DNA of 64,000 nucleotides from Mayamaea pseudoterrestris (lineage: Eukaryota), in contig BROI01000002.1 of NCBI GenBank assembly GCA_027923505.1, positions 682,001 to 746,000 on the forward strand, read 5' to 3'. The notes beneath the pieces were generated by a model. That model saw only the letters and a program-made list of their open reading frames with translations, was not told the DNA's origin and ran no database searches. Position numbers and translations under genes: made by a program. Positions 1 through 11,281 of the stretch are shown in pieces (within the stretch, counting starts at the first letter, position 1; each line of letters begins with the position of its first letter).

Positions 1-50
1 CTTCTTGCTTTCTTTTCCGCCAGGGTGATACCAAATGCGATCTTGAAATC

Positions 51-66
51 TGACATCGTACCGGTT
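51..66 (+). promoter_or_regulatory. Recurrent promoter motif TGACATCGTACCGGTT upstream of the HCAR-like gene
   Basis: 15/16 match to the copies at 15335 and 20273; about 60 bp before the ATG. Confidence 0.55.
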
Positions 67-125
67 CTCAAGTTCGGTCCATCGGTTCCCGCAACTTTTT
101 TTCACCATGGTGCAAATTTGCGACA

Positions 126-1631
126 ATGCAAAGCACCAGATCGCTATTACATCTGCTTTTCCTTGCATTACTTATATCCTGTGATTGTTATGGTGTACTT
201 GGATTCATTGTTTGTTCAAAATGGCTGGAATTTGGCATCAAATCATTGAATAATCACCGTCTTGCAGCTTCCTTTCAACCACTGGAGTCATCCACCGACT
301 GGCCGCTAAAGTTTCCGGCCAAGGAGCATTGCTCCAAGTGCGGACTCTGCGAAACGAGCTTTATAAAACATGTAAAGGACGCTTGCGCGTTTCTCGAGCC
401 ATCGCCAGCAACGAGTGGCAGTCGAATGGATGAGCTGGAATTCCAAGTTCATGGACGAGGCCGAAAGCTAAATGACATGGTTTGGAAGGATAGTAAAGAT
501 GATAACAACAATCAGCTAGCTGAAGAGGCGAGGTTTGGTGTCATGCATGAACCCATGAAGCTCGCAAAAGGCCGAATCGAGGATGCGCAATGGACCGGGC
601 TAGTGACTGGTATTGCTCTCGCAATGCTTGAAGCCAATCAAGTCGATGCCGTCGTTTGCATTGCAGCGTCAGACTCTAACTGGAACGAACCCGAACCAAT
701 CATTGCCAAGACTAAAGAGGAAGTTCTCCGTGGGCGCGGTGTCAAGCCCGCACTGGCGCCGTCGTTGAAAGTATTGGACGAGGTGCAGGCTGATCCGACG
801 ATTCGTCGCTTGCTCTTTTGCGGCGTTGGCTGCGCGGTGCAAGCCTTTCGCGCCGTACAGCATCGCGTAAAATTGGATCAAGTCTATGTGCTTGGAACAA
901 ACTGCGCCGATAATAGTCCGACACCGGAAGCGGCGGATCGTTTTGTCAAGACGGCACTTGACATTGACCAAGGCGCACGCAAATACGAGTTTATGCAGGA
1001 CTTTCGCGTTCATGTCAAGACGGATAATACTTATCTTAAAAAGCCATATTTTTGCTTGCCAGGCACAGTGGCGGAAGCATCCATTGCCAAGTCTTGTCGA
1101 GCCTGCTTTGACTATACCAATGGGCTTGCCGACGTCGTGGTTGGCTACATGGGAGCGCCACTCGAAGCAGACCGGCGCATGGATCAGTCGCTGCAGACTC
1201 TAACAATTCGCAATGAGCGAGGCGCAACCATAGTGGAGACTGCCATTCAAGCAGGTTATGTAACAATAGACGGCTTGGCTATGGCAAGCGGATCGCACGA
1301 ATTATTGGCCATGGCGACAACGGAATCGGATGTCTTGGTGCAGGCCATGCTTGGCGGCAACGTTCCCGCATTTGGCATGCCACTTTGGCTTGGCGAGTTG
1401 CTTGCTTTAGTGGTGCAAAAGCTAGGTCCCAAGGGCGTCAGCTTTGCGCGATACAGCATTGATTATCATATACTGCGAAACTACTTGCATGTTGTCAACG
1501 AATGGGGCGAGGAACGTACTCGTCGGCTCATGCCCGACTTTAGCCGAGTCATTGTGGATCACTATATGGCCATGCCGAATCGGAAACTACAGAATTTGCG
1601 AAATCAAATTGTAAACAGAAAGATTATGTAA
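126..1631 (+). CDS. HCAR: 7-hydroxymethyl chlorophyll a reductase-like / F420-hydrogenase beta (FrhB) family Fe-S flavoprotein, plastid-targeted; probable in-frame intron 193..267
   Basis: Motifs PAKEHCSKCGLC, CAFL, AQWTGLV, GVKP, CGVGC, LGTNC, YEFMQD and CRACFDYTNGLAD..VGYMG match the HCAR/BciB family. Removing the 75-nt GT..AG segment gives a signal peptide followed by CYA|SFQP, an ASAF-like cleavage motif. Confidence 0.85.
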   Translation: MQSTRSLLHLLFLALLISCDCYGVLGFIVCSKWLEFGIKSLNNHRLAASFQPLESSTDWPLKFPAKEHCSKCGLCETSFIKHVKDACAFLEPSPATSGSRMDELEFQVHGRGRKLNDMVWKDSKDDNNNQLAEEARFGVMHEPMKLAKGRIEDAQWTGLVTGIALAMLEANQVDAVVCIAASDSNWNEPEPIIAKTKEEVLRGRGVKPALAPSLKVLDEVQADPTIRRLLFCGVGCAVQAFRAVQHRVKLDQVYVLGTNCADNSPTPEAADRFVKTALDIDQGARKYEFMQDFRVHVKTDNTYLKKPYFCLPGTVAEASIAKSCRACFDYTNGLADVVVGYMGAPLEADRRMDQSLQTLTIRNERGATIVETAIQAGYVTIDGLAMASGSHELLAMATTESDVLVQAMLGGNVPAFGMPLWLGELLALVVQKLGPKGVSFARYSIDYHILRNYLHVVNEWGEERTRRLMPDFSRVIVDHYMAMPNRKLQNLRNQIVNRKIM

Positions 1632-1664
1632 CTTAGCACAGACTACGGCACTTTACGTAATCGT

Positions 1665-3827
1665 TTAGTTAGCGGCCACCTCCAAGTTTTGGTACATGTT
1701 CGCTGCAGCGCGAATGGGTATTGTATGAAGCATCAAATCGTCACTATCTAGCCAGCCTGTTAATTCCAGGGCGCGATATACCTCTTGGAAGACGTCAACA
1801 GGCGTTGCTGCAAAGCGAGGCTGCGGAAAACCATGAAGCGACGCCAGGAGAACTAGAAACTTACCCGAGACGAAGCTCAACACTGATTTGATAAAATCGG
1901 TGTCCTTTCCCAGAATTGAAGTCCAATAGAAAAGAATATTCAATAAAACTTTCTTGACTCGATGCATTTGACCCACCGTCGCGTCAGTAAACGCACTTAG
2001 AAGCATCTCATCCTCAAGCTCTGCATCAATAGCCTCCTTCTTGACAATCGCCATGGAAATGTCGTCCAAACGGGATCGGATGTAGTCCGTCATTCTTTTT
2101 TGAAGCAGAGTGACAACAGGGGATTGCCCTGACGGCACAATTTTGCCGAGATGATTCCAAAAGACGGTAATAGATCGACATTGACGGTCCGAAAGTAGCT
2201 CGTAACCCGACTTGTCGAGTAGATCCGACAGCGTCGGCACCACAGCCTTTTCAATTATTCGGTCCACACCAGCAGCATCAATGACATCAGACTCCAAGGC
2301 TCCAAAAATGACAGCAAGCCATTTGCTTTCATTGTAGCCACCTGATTCGTTCCAAGGATCATTCAAGGCGCACAATTCTGCTTGAATGAGCGGAGTAATT
2401 AAATCAGCCAGACTAAGCGTCGCGTGACATTGCATGTATTCCTCCGGATATGCATTCTTCCATTCTCCAAACATATCGACGAGATTTTGCAAGCTCGTGA
2501 AATCTTCATCCAAGCTTGACAACGCCAATTCCAAAGCTTCCTGCAACGCTTTATGTCTTTCTCGCAGTGATTCCTTCTCATCATCCGTCAGAAACGCGTC
2601 CGTCTCATCACCAATAATCTCCACTCCCCGTTGATGCGCAATCAAGACTCGTCGCTTACGTCGCTGCTCACGCTGCATTGTATATAGCGACTGCACATCT
2701 CGCCCAAACTCATCCACCGTCACCGACGTCCATGGATAGTATACCACTGGATCTGGCTGTCTTCCAATGACTTTATCCAAATAACCATGATGAAACAGTA
2801 CCGCAATCATGTCATTCTCCCACTCGCAACGTCTTTCAATGCACGCCACTTGCGCATCCAACTCGTGCAGCGCCTGCTGAATGGGCTGCACCTGCAGCTG
2901 CAGCTGCCGCAAGCCTCCCACCCAGCTGGCAAAGCGCGCGCGCAGCTGCTGGTAGTACTCCACCGCTTGGCCCGACTGGTGCAAATCCACTTGCTGCGTT
3001 TGGTGAATGTTGCGCGCGTTTTGCAACTCCACCTGGCGATGTGTTTGCGCGCGCTGCAAATCGAATTGCTGCTGCGCGAGTTGATGAAGAGTCGCGTCCA
3101 CCTTTTCGCATAGTTGCTGGAGAATGACGGAATGATTGTTGTTGCTGACTGATGATGCTGTAGTAGTACTACTTGCTGCCATGAATGACGTTTTGCTGCT
3201 GGATGCTGGCACGATTCCAGCGCGCCGCGCAACTTGGTTCGCCCAGTCGTCGTCATCGTCATTCATTGGATTCAATGGCAGCGGCTCATTGGCATAGTCA
3301 CTACTACTCATGGCCATGGCAACGCTCATGTCCACTTCCTGCAACCGCGACTCGAGCAACATGGCGTCCTCGCCGTTCAAAACATTGTCGGTTGCTGAAG
3401 CTGATGCGTCCAATGGTACATAGTCGTCGTCGTCCATCAGAACGTCGTCCTTAACGCTGTCAACTGCCTGATCGGATGTAGTAGCCGCCGCCGCTGAGTA
3501 TGCCAATTGCTCCGCCTGCAGTTGCGAGAGCGCCGCCAAATCGTAGAGCGAGGCTTCCGTCGAATTGGCCGTATCTTCGATGTCGTCATCGTCGTCATTG
3601 CGAAACAAGTCGTTTTCACCACCGAATCCAACTGCCGAAGCAAGGCTGTTACTCTTCTTTTTAGTAGGTCTAACGATTGTGCGCTTCAATTTGTGAATTG
3701 ATTTGCCAGCAAAGGTAAGGCTCGGTTCATTATCTGGTGCAGCTTCTTCGTTATCATCGTCGTCAGGAGTCGTCAGACTCGTCCGCATGGCCGTCGTGGG
3801 AGGACGCTTCTTGGTCTTTCGAAACAT
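1665..3827 (-). CDS. GC-rich sequence DNA-binding factor-like (GCFC2/PAXBP1/NTR2-ILP1 family) spliceosome-associated protein
   Basis: 720-aa ORF with an acidic N-terminus, a coiled coil, VDEFGRD and F..WK..YPEEY......SL motifs typical of the GCFC domain. Confidence 0.7.
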   Translation of the reverse strand: MFRKTKKRPPTTAMRTSLTTPDDDDNEEAAPDNEPSLTFAGKSIHKLKRTIVRPTKKKSNSLASAVGFGGENDLFRNDDDDDIEDTANSTEASLYDLAALSQLQAEQLAYSAAAATTSDQAVDSVKDDVLMDDDDYVPLDASASATDNVLNGEDAMLLESRLQEVDMSVAMAMSSSDYANEPLPLNPMNDDDDDWANQVARRAGIVPASSSKTSFMAASSTTTASSVSNNNHSVILQQLCEKVDATLHQLAQQQFDLQRAQTHRQVELQNARNIHQTQQVDLHQSGQAVEYYQQLRARFASWVGGLRQLQLQVQPIQQALHELDAQVACIERRCEWENDMIAVLFHHGYLDKVIGRQPDPVVYYPWTSVTVDEFGRDVQSLYTMQREQRRKRRVLIAHQRGVEIIGDETDAFLTDDEKESLRERHKALQEALELALSSLDEDFTSLQNLVDMFGEWKNAYPEEYMQCHATLSLADLITPLIQAELCALNDPWNESGGYNESKWLAVIFGALESDVIDAAGVDRIIEKAVVPTLSDLLDKSGYELLSDRQCRSITVFWNHLGKIVPSGQSPVVTLLQKRMTDYIRSRLDDISMAIVKKEAIDAELEDEMLLSAFTDATVGQMHRVKKVLLNILFYWTSILGKDTDFIKSVLSFVSGKFLVLLASLHGFPQPRFAATPVDVFQEVYRALELTGWLDSDDLMLHTIPIRAAANMYQNLEVAAN

Positions 3828-4148
3828 GGTAGCTGCTAGTAGACTCTTCTACTTGATCGTCTTTTGCATTAATTGAAAGCTACTAGTCACGTTGTTTTGA
3901 CATCCTCCATTCGACTTCGATATCAACAAGCTTCGCATCTCGTTCCATGGCGCGGCTGGATGATCGGATGAACCGGTGCGACGTCTTATCGGCTGATGGA
4001 CAGACGCTCGTCGGTGGCGGCCCTTGATTTTTTCTCCCCGCATTGCAGATTGTTCTTTGAAAGCATTAAGCAACACTACGCTTCACTGCGCATCGCATAT
4101 ACCGTACACACAATTCACTCTCTCTCTATATCTATACAGATTCTCAGT

Positions 4149-4697
4149 ATGAGATCACTCACAGAGGACGAAACCAAGACACTCTTTCTCAAGCTCTCGG
4201 AATACATTGGCAAAAACATTGAGCGCCTCATCAACCGCACCGATGAGCGACACTACTTTCGCATCATGAAGGGCGATCGCGTCTACTATTTATCAGAGTC
4301 GCTCCTCAAGGCAGCCACGAGTGTGAGTCGCGACAATCTACTGCACGTTGGAACATGTTTCGGTAAATTCAGCAAGTCGGGCAAGTTTCGGTTGCATACC
4401 ACGGCGCTGGAGTACTTGGCGCAGTACTGCAAGTACAAGGTGTGGCTCAAGCCGTCGGCGGAAATGAGCTTTTTGTATGGTAATCACGTCACCAAGAGTG
4501 GATTGGCGCGCATGACGGAGGCAACGCCGCAGTATGCTGGATGCATTGTATTCAACATGGCGGATATTCCGCTGGGGTTTGGAGTGGCGGCGCAAAGTAC
4601 TGATCATTGTCAGCAGTTGGATCCGACTGGTAACGTGGTACTACATCAAGCTGATATTGGAGAGTACTTGCGTGGGCTGGAGGATGATATGTTTTGA
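4149..4697 (+). CDS. NIP7: 60S ribosome subunit biogenesis protein NIP7 (PUA domain)
   Basis: [54 protein letters not shown] and [10 protein letters not shown]. The start is placed at the ATG at 4149, not the longer ORF start. Confidence 0.95.
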   Translation: MRSLTEDETKTLFLKLSEYIGKNIERLINRTDERHYFRIMKGDRVYYLSESLLKAATSVSRDNLLHVGTCFGKFSKSGKFRLHTTALEYLAQYCKYKVWLKPSAEMSFLYGNHVTKSGLARMTEATPQYAGCIVFNMADIPLGFGVAAQSTDHCQQLDPTGNVVLHQADIGEYLRGLEDDMF

Positions 4698-5176
4698 GTA
4701 AATTAGAAACGCTCGAGGTTAATGGATGGGGCTGGACGCTGGACCACAACGATTGAGACGATACAGGGCTTGATCGCAGGCCACATTTCGCCGTTTTTAA
4801 ACAGCGATGACAAAAAGCATTGTTGCATACATTTATTCATACATCTTTTTGTGAATTGATGCGATTATTAATTGCTTGTAGACGCTTCGCAAAGTTCGTC
4901 GAATCTCCTGCACTCGTGTACCGAATTCATTTTCTGCTGGCGTAGCTTAAGCTGATTTCATTCGATCATGAGGATGTACAATGATAGTCAGTCTCTGGGT
5001 TACTCAAATTTTCCGCTGCGAGCTTAGGTATCCCCTTTGGTGAGACTGCTAGCTAACACAACCTTGACCCTATCAAAGGCGCACCGCATCCGTTTCCAAA
5101 TTCAAAGAACACGACGAGGCGCGCCAAGCCGTCACAACTTCATCATCATCTCGCATGTATATTGTTTTGCTGCATC

Positions 5177-6765
5177 ATGATGGATCCAAACCCAGAGACG
5201 CAGCAACTGCTATCTGCAGCAAATGGAGAATGTTTAGAGCCAAACGAGACCGAACTATTGGATGAAAAGATGACGGATGCATCGTCGCTCGACAATTCGC
5301 AGCAAGGAAAGACGACGGTCGCTCAAACCGTATTGAACCTCATGAAGACTTGCATGGGATCTGGTATGTATACAGATGAGTTAAGAACAGTGGAGTCAAT
5401 TTTATTGCTGTTGGTGTTTCTGATGAGATTTCCTTTATTCCCCATGTTTCTGCTTGCTCGTCGTCAGGCGTCTTGGCGCTCAGCTTTGCCTGTCAGCAAG
5501 GAGGTTCCTTGCTCTTTTGTTTCGGTCTTCCAGCCATTGCCCTGTGGAACGTTTACGCTGTCCATCGATTGGTCCTTTGCTTGAATCTCATTTCTGAAAA
5601 GAAGGCAGCTGATGATGGTTCAAACAGCAACGACAATGGCACGAATGAAGTGGAATCGCAGCAACAGCAGCAGCACGCACAAGCAGCATCTCGACTTCGA
5701 CGACCAACATCGAGCCCATCCTCCAAGCAGCTGACAGAAGCGTTCCTTTCACCATCGGATGAACAGCTACTTCCTTCTGCAGGAGTATCGACAATGGGAC
5801 GTGTCGCCTGGCATGCGTTTGGACCGGTCGGTTTGCAACTACTGGACGTTTCCATGCTCTTTCTGTTGGTTGGAATCATTGTTGCATACGTTGCCGGCAG
5901 TATTACATTCTTGGGCGATACTCCATTCACGACAAAGTCATCGCTACTTGATGGTATGATCTGCTCGTCAATCATGGCGCTCATTTCCTTGGTGCCGCAC
6001 GTTGGACATCTTTCCTGGGTTTCGGCTAGTGGCTTGCTAGTGTTGCTGGGCACCATGGGAGTCATTGCTGGCTACGGTTTCAAGGATTTGTCAACAGCCA
6101 GCAATACACTATCATTTACTACCATTCCGCTTCTACCAGTTTCAGTGACTGGAGTCAGTCACTTGTTTGGGATTGCCGTCTTTTCCTTTGGTGTTGCTCC
6201 TTTGACCTATACATTTCAGTCTTCCATGCAACACCCGGTGAAAATGGTCCCAGCCACTTGCGTTGCCCTTTCGTTAACGTCCATTTGCTATGTTTTGATT
6301 GGAGTTGGCATGCTTCTCTGCTATCCAAACTTGCAGGGCGACTTGCTGCACGAATTGCCATCGCACGGTTGGCTGCCAGTACTGACGCGACTGGCCATGG
6401 TGTGGGTCTGCATCATGACGGCTCCGCTACTCATCATTCCTTGCAGTGAATTGTTGGAAGGCAAGTGGCAAGTGCGCAAGTCAAATGTGGCAGCGCTGCG
6501 ATGCATCATTTGCTTGGCTGCTGTGTTTGTCGCCATTTGCATGCCAAGCTTTGTACAAGTGCTAGCGCTGGTTGGATGCGCCTGCGTCGGCTTGGTGGGC
6601 TTTTGCCTTCCGCCACTCTTTCACTTGCGTCTTTCCTCGGCACATCGCGAATATGTTTCACATCAAACAAGCACTTGGGTGCTGGATACCGTCATGCTCA
6701 CGTGGGGCGTGGGTGTCACTTTGCTGAGCACGTACTATACGTTCCAGCGGGTGCGGCACGAGTAG
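5177..6765 (+). CDS. Amino acid transporter, AAAP/Aa_trans family (SLC36/SLC38-like); intron 5364..5467
   Basis: The splice joins NLMKTCMGS|GVLALSFA, the family TM1 motif. About 11 hydrophobic segments follow, plus SMQHP and a C-terminal LPPLFHL. Confidence 0.85.
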
Positions 6766-7181
6766 ATGGATGTTTCCAACGATGGCTTTGTACGAATAGT
6801 GTACACTTTTTACATTCGATTACGATATTTAAATCGGTCATTCCTGCTGCGCAAAAAATTAAAAATAGCTGATTATTTGTGCTTTCTTTATCCGTCGGCA
6901 CAAAAAGTCAATATTAGTTGACAATGCTAGCTAGATGAGATGCGGTCAATCGCTGTCCTGGCCAAGGGGTTATATTATTGTCTCCCTTGCCTTGCGCTGT
7001 TTAAGGGCTCTCACCTACCGGTAGGTTCAAACTCATCTCACGCCTTCGTTAGCCTGAGTCGTGTTTCGCAGTTGCGGTCCGACACGCACCTCATCGTCGC
7101 TCGCCACAATGACGGTCCACCATAATCGTGCCGCTGTCCAAGACTTGACGCAGGTACTGTACAATACAATACAAGACGAGC

Positions 7182-9036
7182 ATGCCACCCCAAACAACAG
7201 GACCAAAGCCCCTTTCCATAGAACCTATCAGCAACAATAATGATGAATCATCCGATGAACCAACCTTTATCAACGCCTCGGCGGACCGCAGTTTACTCAC
7301 ACTCAAGCGGACGATGCTACTATCACCCGACTACTACGAGGATCCCGTCCGACGACGAGAATGGATGCGACCCTACTGGCTGGGATCTGGCTTATTCATG
7401 ATTTTGCTAGCCTTTTGGATTTTGGATTCGCTCAAGGATCCCATTTTTGGTCAATTGGTGGATGGCAAGCTTGAAATACATCAACCGCCGGCCAAGGTGT
7501 TTAGCGTATGTACGACACTGGCTATCGTATGTTTCTTGGAGTATATATCGAACGAGCGTCAAAAGCAGCAACGGCAGGAAAAGGAGCGATCCCATGAAGA
7601 CATTTTGAGCGGCGGAGGACAGTGGTCGACCATGACGTATGGGCGGTCCCAGCAATTTGCGACTGCCGAAGATACGGCTGTTTCTGGAAGTATTTTCATC
7701 TCTATTGGAGTTCCATATTGTATTGTTTTTGGAATTATGGCGTACTTGCTGCAATTTCATTCCACTGTGGTGTCATCGCTGTCATCCAAGCAGCAGCAAG
7801 CGGAGAATGCTGCCAATGCAAGCGGCACCAATGTCATGACTCACGAAACCTTGTGGCATGTCATTGGGTATATTTGGTATGCAGCTATTGAGTCGTTTGG
7901 AAGCATTGCCGTGGCAACCTTTTGGTCCTACGTGAACTCGACGCTGTCTCTAGAGGACGCAGAAAAGTACTATGGATCAATCATTGGAGTGGCTCAGCTT
8001 GGCGCAATCATTGGAAGCACGGTGCGTTGTCGACATTGTACGAGCAACGAGCAAAGCAAATTATGTCATAGTTTTCCACTCTCTCACTCTTCTTTGTCAC
8101 CCGCAGATGGTGACGACGCATGTTTGGACGCCCATCACGCTTGTCATATTGAGCTGCCTGGTCATTTTACTGCACATTATCGCCATGCGAATGTACTGTC
8201 ACCGATTCGCACCAACGACGCAGCACCACGAGGAGCCCACCTTTGCCGACACGGAGGAAGCAACCGTATGGTCTGGCGTCGCTCTTATTTTGAAGCACAA
8301 TTACGTGTTGCTCATCCTTGGTGTGTCGTGTCTGTACGAAGTGTCACTCACTTGCCTCAACTATCAAATGACTTTGCTTGGCTGGTCGCGTTTCGAAGAG
8401 ACGCCACATGAGGGCATGAGCTTTACGCAATTCATGGGACACTACGGACAACTTGTCAATTTGTTTAGTTTGGCGCTGTCATCGTTAATATTTCCAGCGC
8501 TCATTCGGCGGTTTGGGTTGAGGCAAACACTGCGTATCTTTCCATCTTTGTTACTGCTGGTCAACTTTATTGCCTTTGGAGCGATACCAGGGAACTTGGC
8601 GGTCTTGTTCTTGTCCATGTCGGTGCTAAAGGCCATGACATATAGCATTCACGATCCGTCCAAAGAGATACTGTACCTGCCAACGAGTAATGCCATCAAA
8701 TTTAAAAGCAAGTTTTGGATTGACGTCGTTGGTGCCCGCATTGCCAAGGCGTGTGGAAGCAGCATTAATCGGATCGCTGGTAGCGTTGATCGAAGCATTC
8801 GAATCGCCAGCTTTCCAAGCCTAGTGACGGCTATAGGGTTGCTTTATGTATGCTATCAAGTGGGAATTGAGTTTGATAGGCTCATTGCCAGCGAGTCAAT
8901 CGTTGGCGTCACAGGCTTCCATGCTACAAAGCGAGAGTATAATGTTGTCGACGAGGATGGAAATTTGGTCGACAACGAGGACGATGCTGATATCTTCGAG
9001 GATCCAGTGACTCCCGACGGCAGAGAAAGAATATAA
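7182..9036 (+). CDS. Nucleotide transporter-like protein (NTT/TLC ATP:ADP antiporter family); intron 8022..8106
   Basis: LDSLKDP, FWSYVN..AEKYY, and KAMTYSIHDPSKEILYLP..KFKSKFWIDVVGARIAKACGS are NTT/TLC signatures. A GT..CAG intron joins the two ORFs in frame (GST|MVT). Confidence 0.8.
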
Positions 9037-9168
9037 ATTTTAGAAAAGGGTCTCATTCTGCTAATGTACTTGTACTACGAGTCGAGCGCGTTTAATGATC
9101 ATGTATACTACTCATTTAGTTATTTGAGCCTGCTGCTTTCCCTTGATTCACAATATGCCTCCGCAAAT

Positions 9169-10257
9169 CTACACCGTGACACAGTTCGACGAATCACAAC
9201 AGTAACACGGCACAAACCCGCAGTCCATCGTAAAGTTCTTCATTGGGTTGTCACAGAATGGCCAGGTACCGTAGACACCGGTAAACTCGACATGTAGACT
9301 TTCGAGACTCGGACCACGCATCGTCTTGGGCAAACGACCGATGAATTCGTTATGCTGCAACTCCAACAAAGTCAACTTCTCGAGCGAACGAAAGACTTCG
9401 CCTTCGATTCTTCCTGTCAAGTGGTTGTCTCCAAGACGCAAGGCGGTAAGTCCTTCCAGCATCGCCAAGGTAGGCGGAACGGTTCCGGCAAGGTTGTTAT
9501 TGGAGAGATCCAGCTCTGTCACCAACTTGGAGCCAGCGTCATCAACGCCGCAAGTGACTCCCGTCCAGTCGCAGACGTGAAGCTGAGGATTCAGCCATTT
9601 TTGATAGTCTGACCACTCGTCTCCGTTCCAGGCGTAGTACAAGGAGACAAGGGCGAATCGTTCCAAAGAACCTTCAATCAAATTATCTGGGTCTTTGAAA
9701 AAGATCCAGGCTGCAGCGGAAACGAACGGATCATCTTCGTATTGCGACAGGGCGCGGAGCTCGGACGAATTCTTTGGCAAATGGATCTCCTTGGTGAGGA
9801 CATTGAGCGCGAGGGCCTTTTTCAGATGAGTGTATTCATCCATGGCCGACGCAAAGGCGACAGTTAACCCAGTTGGAGCCTCGGTTGGAGCCTGGGAATG
9901 CGCTAACATATTGGAGCTGTCACTGCCGCCACCCACCAGAAGAACAATGGCGACAGTCACACCAACCAAGAGGAGAATGACCGTGGCAACAACGCAAATG
10001 ACTTCCTTTCGCGAGACTGAACCCCATTTGCCAGTGGCTGCCAAGTCTTCAAACTCCTTCTTGATCGTCTCGTCAACCTCCTGTTCATCTGGGAGCTTGT
10101 CGTCTTCATGCTTGTCGCCTTCATCGAGTGAAACATCCTGCATGGTGTTGCGGCCACTGCTGGTGCGTGACGGAGACGGGATATTTTCAGTCGAGGCACT
10201 GTTTGTGACGGCAGCGCGGAATGGATTCTCAGGATCGTATGGGGTACTTGTCTTCAT
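9169..10257 (-). CDS. Single-pass type II membrane leucine-rich-repeat protein (plant-type LRR with N-cap)
   Basis: One TM (VICVVATVILLLVGVTVAIVLLV), a PTEAPT linker, an ERFALVSLYY..W..W..CDWTGVTC cap, LxLxNNNLxGTVP repeats and a Cys-rich C-terminal cap. Confidence 0.8.
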   Translation of the reverse strand: MKTSTPYDPENPFRAAVTNSASTENIPSPSRTSSGRNTMQDVSLDEGDKHEDDKLPDEQEVDETIKKEFEDLAATGKWGSVSRKEVICVVATVILLLVGVTVAIVLLVGGGSDSSNMLAHSQAPTEAPTGLTVAFASAMDEYTHLKKALALNVLTKEIHLPKNSSELRALSQYEDDPFVSAAAWIFFKDPDNLIEGSLERFALVSLYYAWNGDEWSDYQKWLNPQLHVCDWTGVTCGVDDAGSKLVTELDLSNNNLAGTVPPTLAMLEGLTALRLGDNHLTGRIEGEVFRSLEKLTLLELQHNEFIGRLPKTMRGPSLESLHVEFTGVYGTWPFCDNPMKNFTMDCGFVPCYCCDSSNCVTV

Positions 10258-11281
10258 CGTTTGTTGCAGAGTAAATGGAAGGGGGGGAGATTTGTAAGCA
10301 AGGACAATGGCGGCTGGAAGTGTTGTTCTCGCGGATGGCACAATCGGTTGATCGCCTTTTCGAATTTGTGAGACGATCGTGCATGCTTCTCGAATGGGAG
10401 AATCATCCGGCATGGAACCTGAAATGACCGTTCGGGAGAACATGAAGATGCTTCGTCATTCGCTTCTTCTCATCGACGCGCTGTCGGACTGGCACTCTTC
10501 GACTACTTCCACTTCGCGAGCCGCTCCCGTATCAATTGACTGTATACTAACTACTACTTGTCTACCAATACAATAGCTCAAATCATCAGCAACGAAACTA
10601 AGTCCCGGAAAATGGGAAAACTGTAGTGTCTCAGCTTTATAACTACTTTCATTGTTGCCTGAACAAAGATAACATTCAAGAATGCTGTGACTGTTCTTCA
10701 GGTGGCTTCACTATCCGTCTATGATTAACAGTAAATGGGATGATGCGTTTGAAGCCTACGTAGTGTAACAAGTGGGCTCGCTGCGCCGTTAGCAATGCGT
10801 CGATTGCTTGCGAAGCGAATCTCCGTAACCGGAAGGACATTCACTGTCAATTTCGCAATCCGGTTGGTCCTTGTCGCCCCACGACTCGCCTGTCTTGACA
10901 TTCTTGCGATTGGATGGCCCTTGTGACGCCGGCTTGGCAAGAGTACACAAAATACCAGTGTCAATCAGTTTGTTTCAACCTCGGAGTGATCAAGTGATAA
11001 GGGCAATATTCGTAACGCTTAACTTCATCCCTACGTAATCGTAATGTCAAAAAAACCTAAGCCCCTCGCATATGCCACATCAGCAGCACGATCGGAAAAT
11101 GACTACGCAGGATGGTCCACGAGCACCCGCGCCTCCATGGTGCGACGATTGAAGGAACGAGTACGACGAGGCTCATCATCATCGTCAAGCAGCGAATAAG
11201 AAACAGTGTGAGAGAGTCTAGTAGATAGAGAGTAGGAAGATAGCGAGAGACACTTGGCTGCCAGCAACCAACACACACAGT

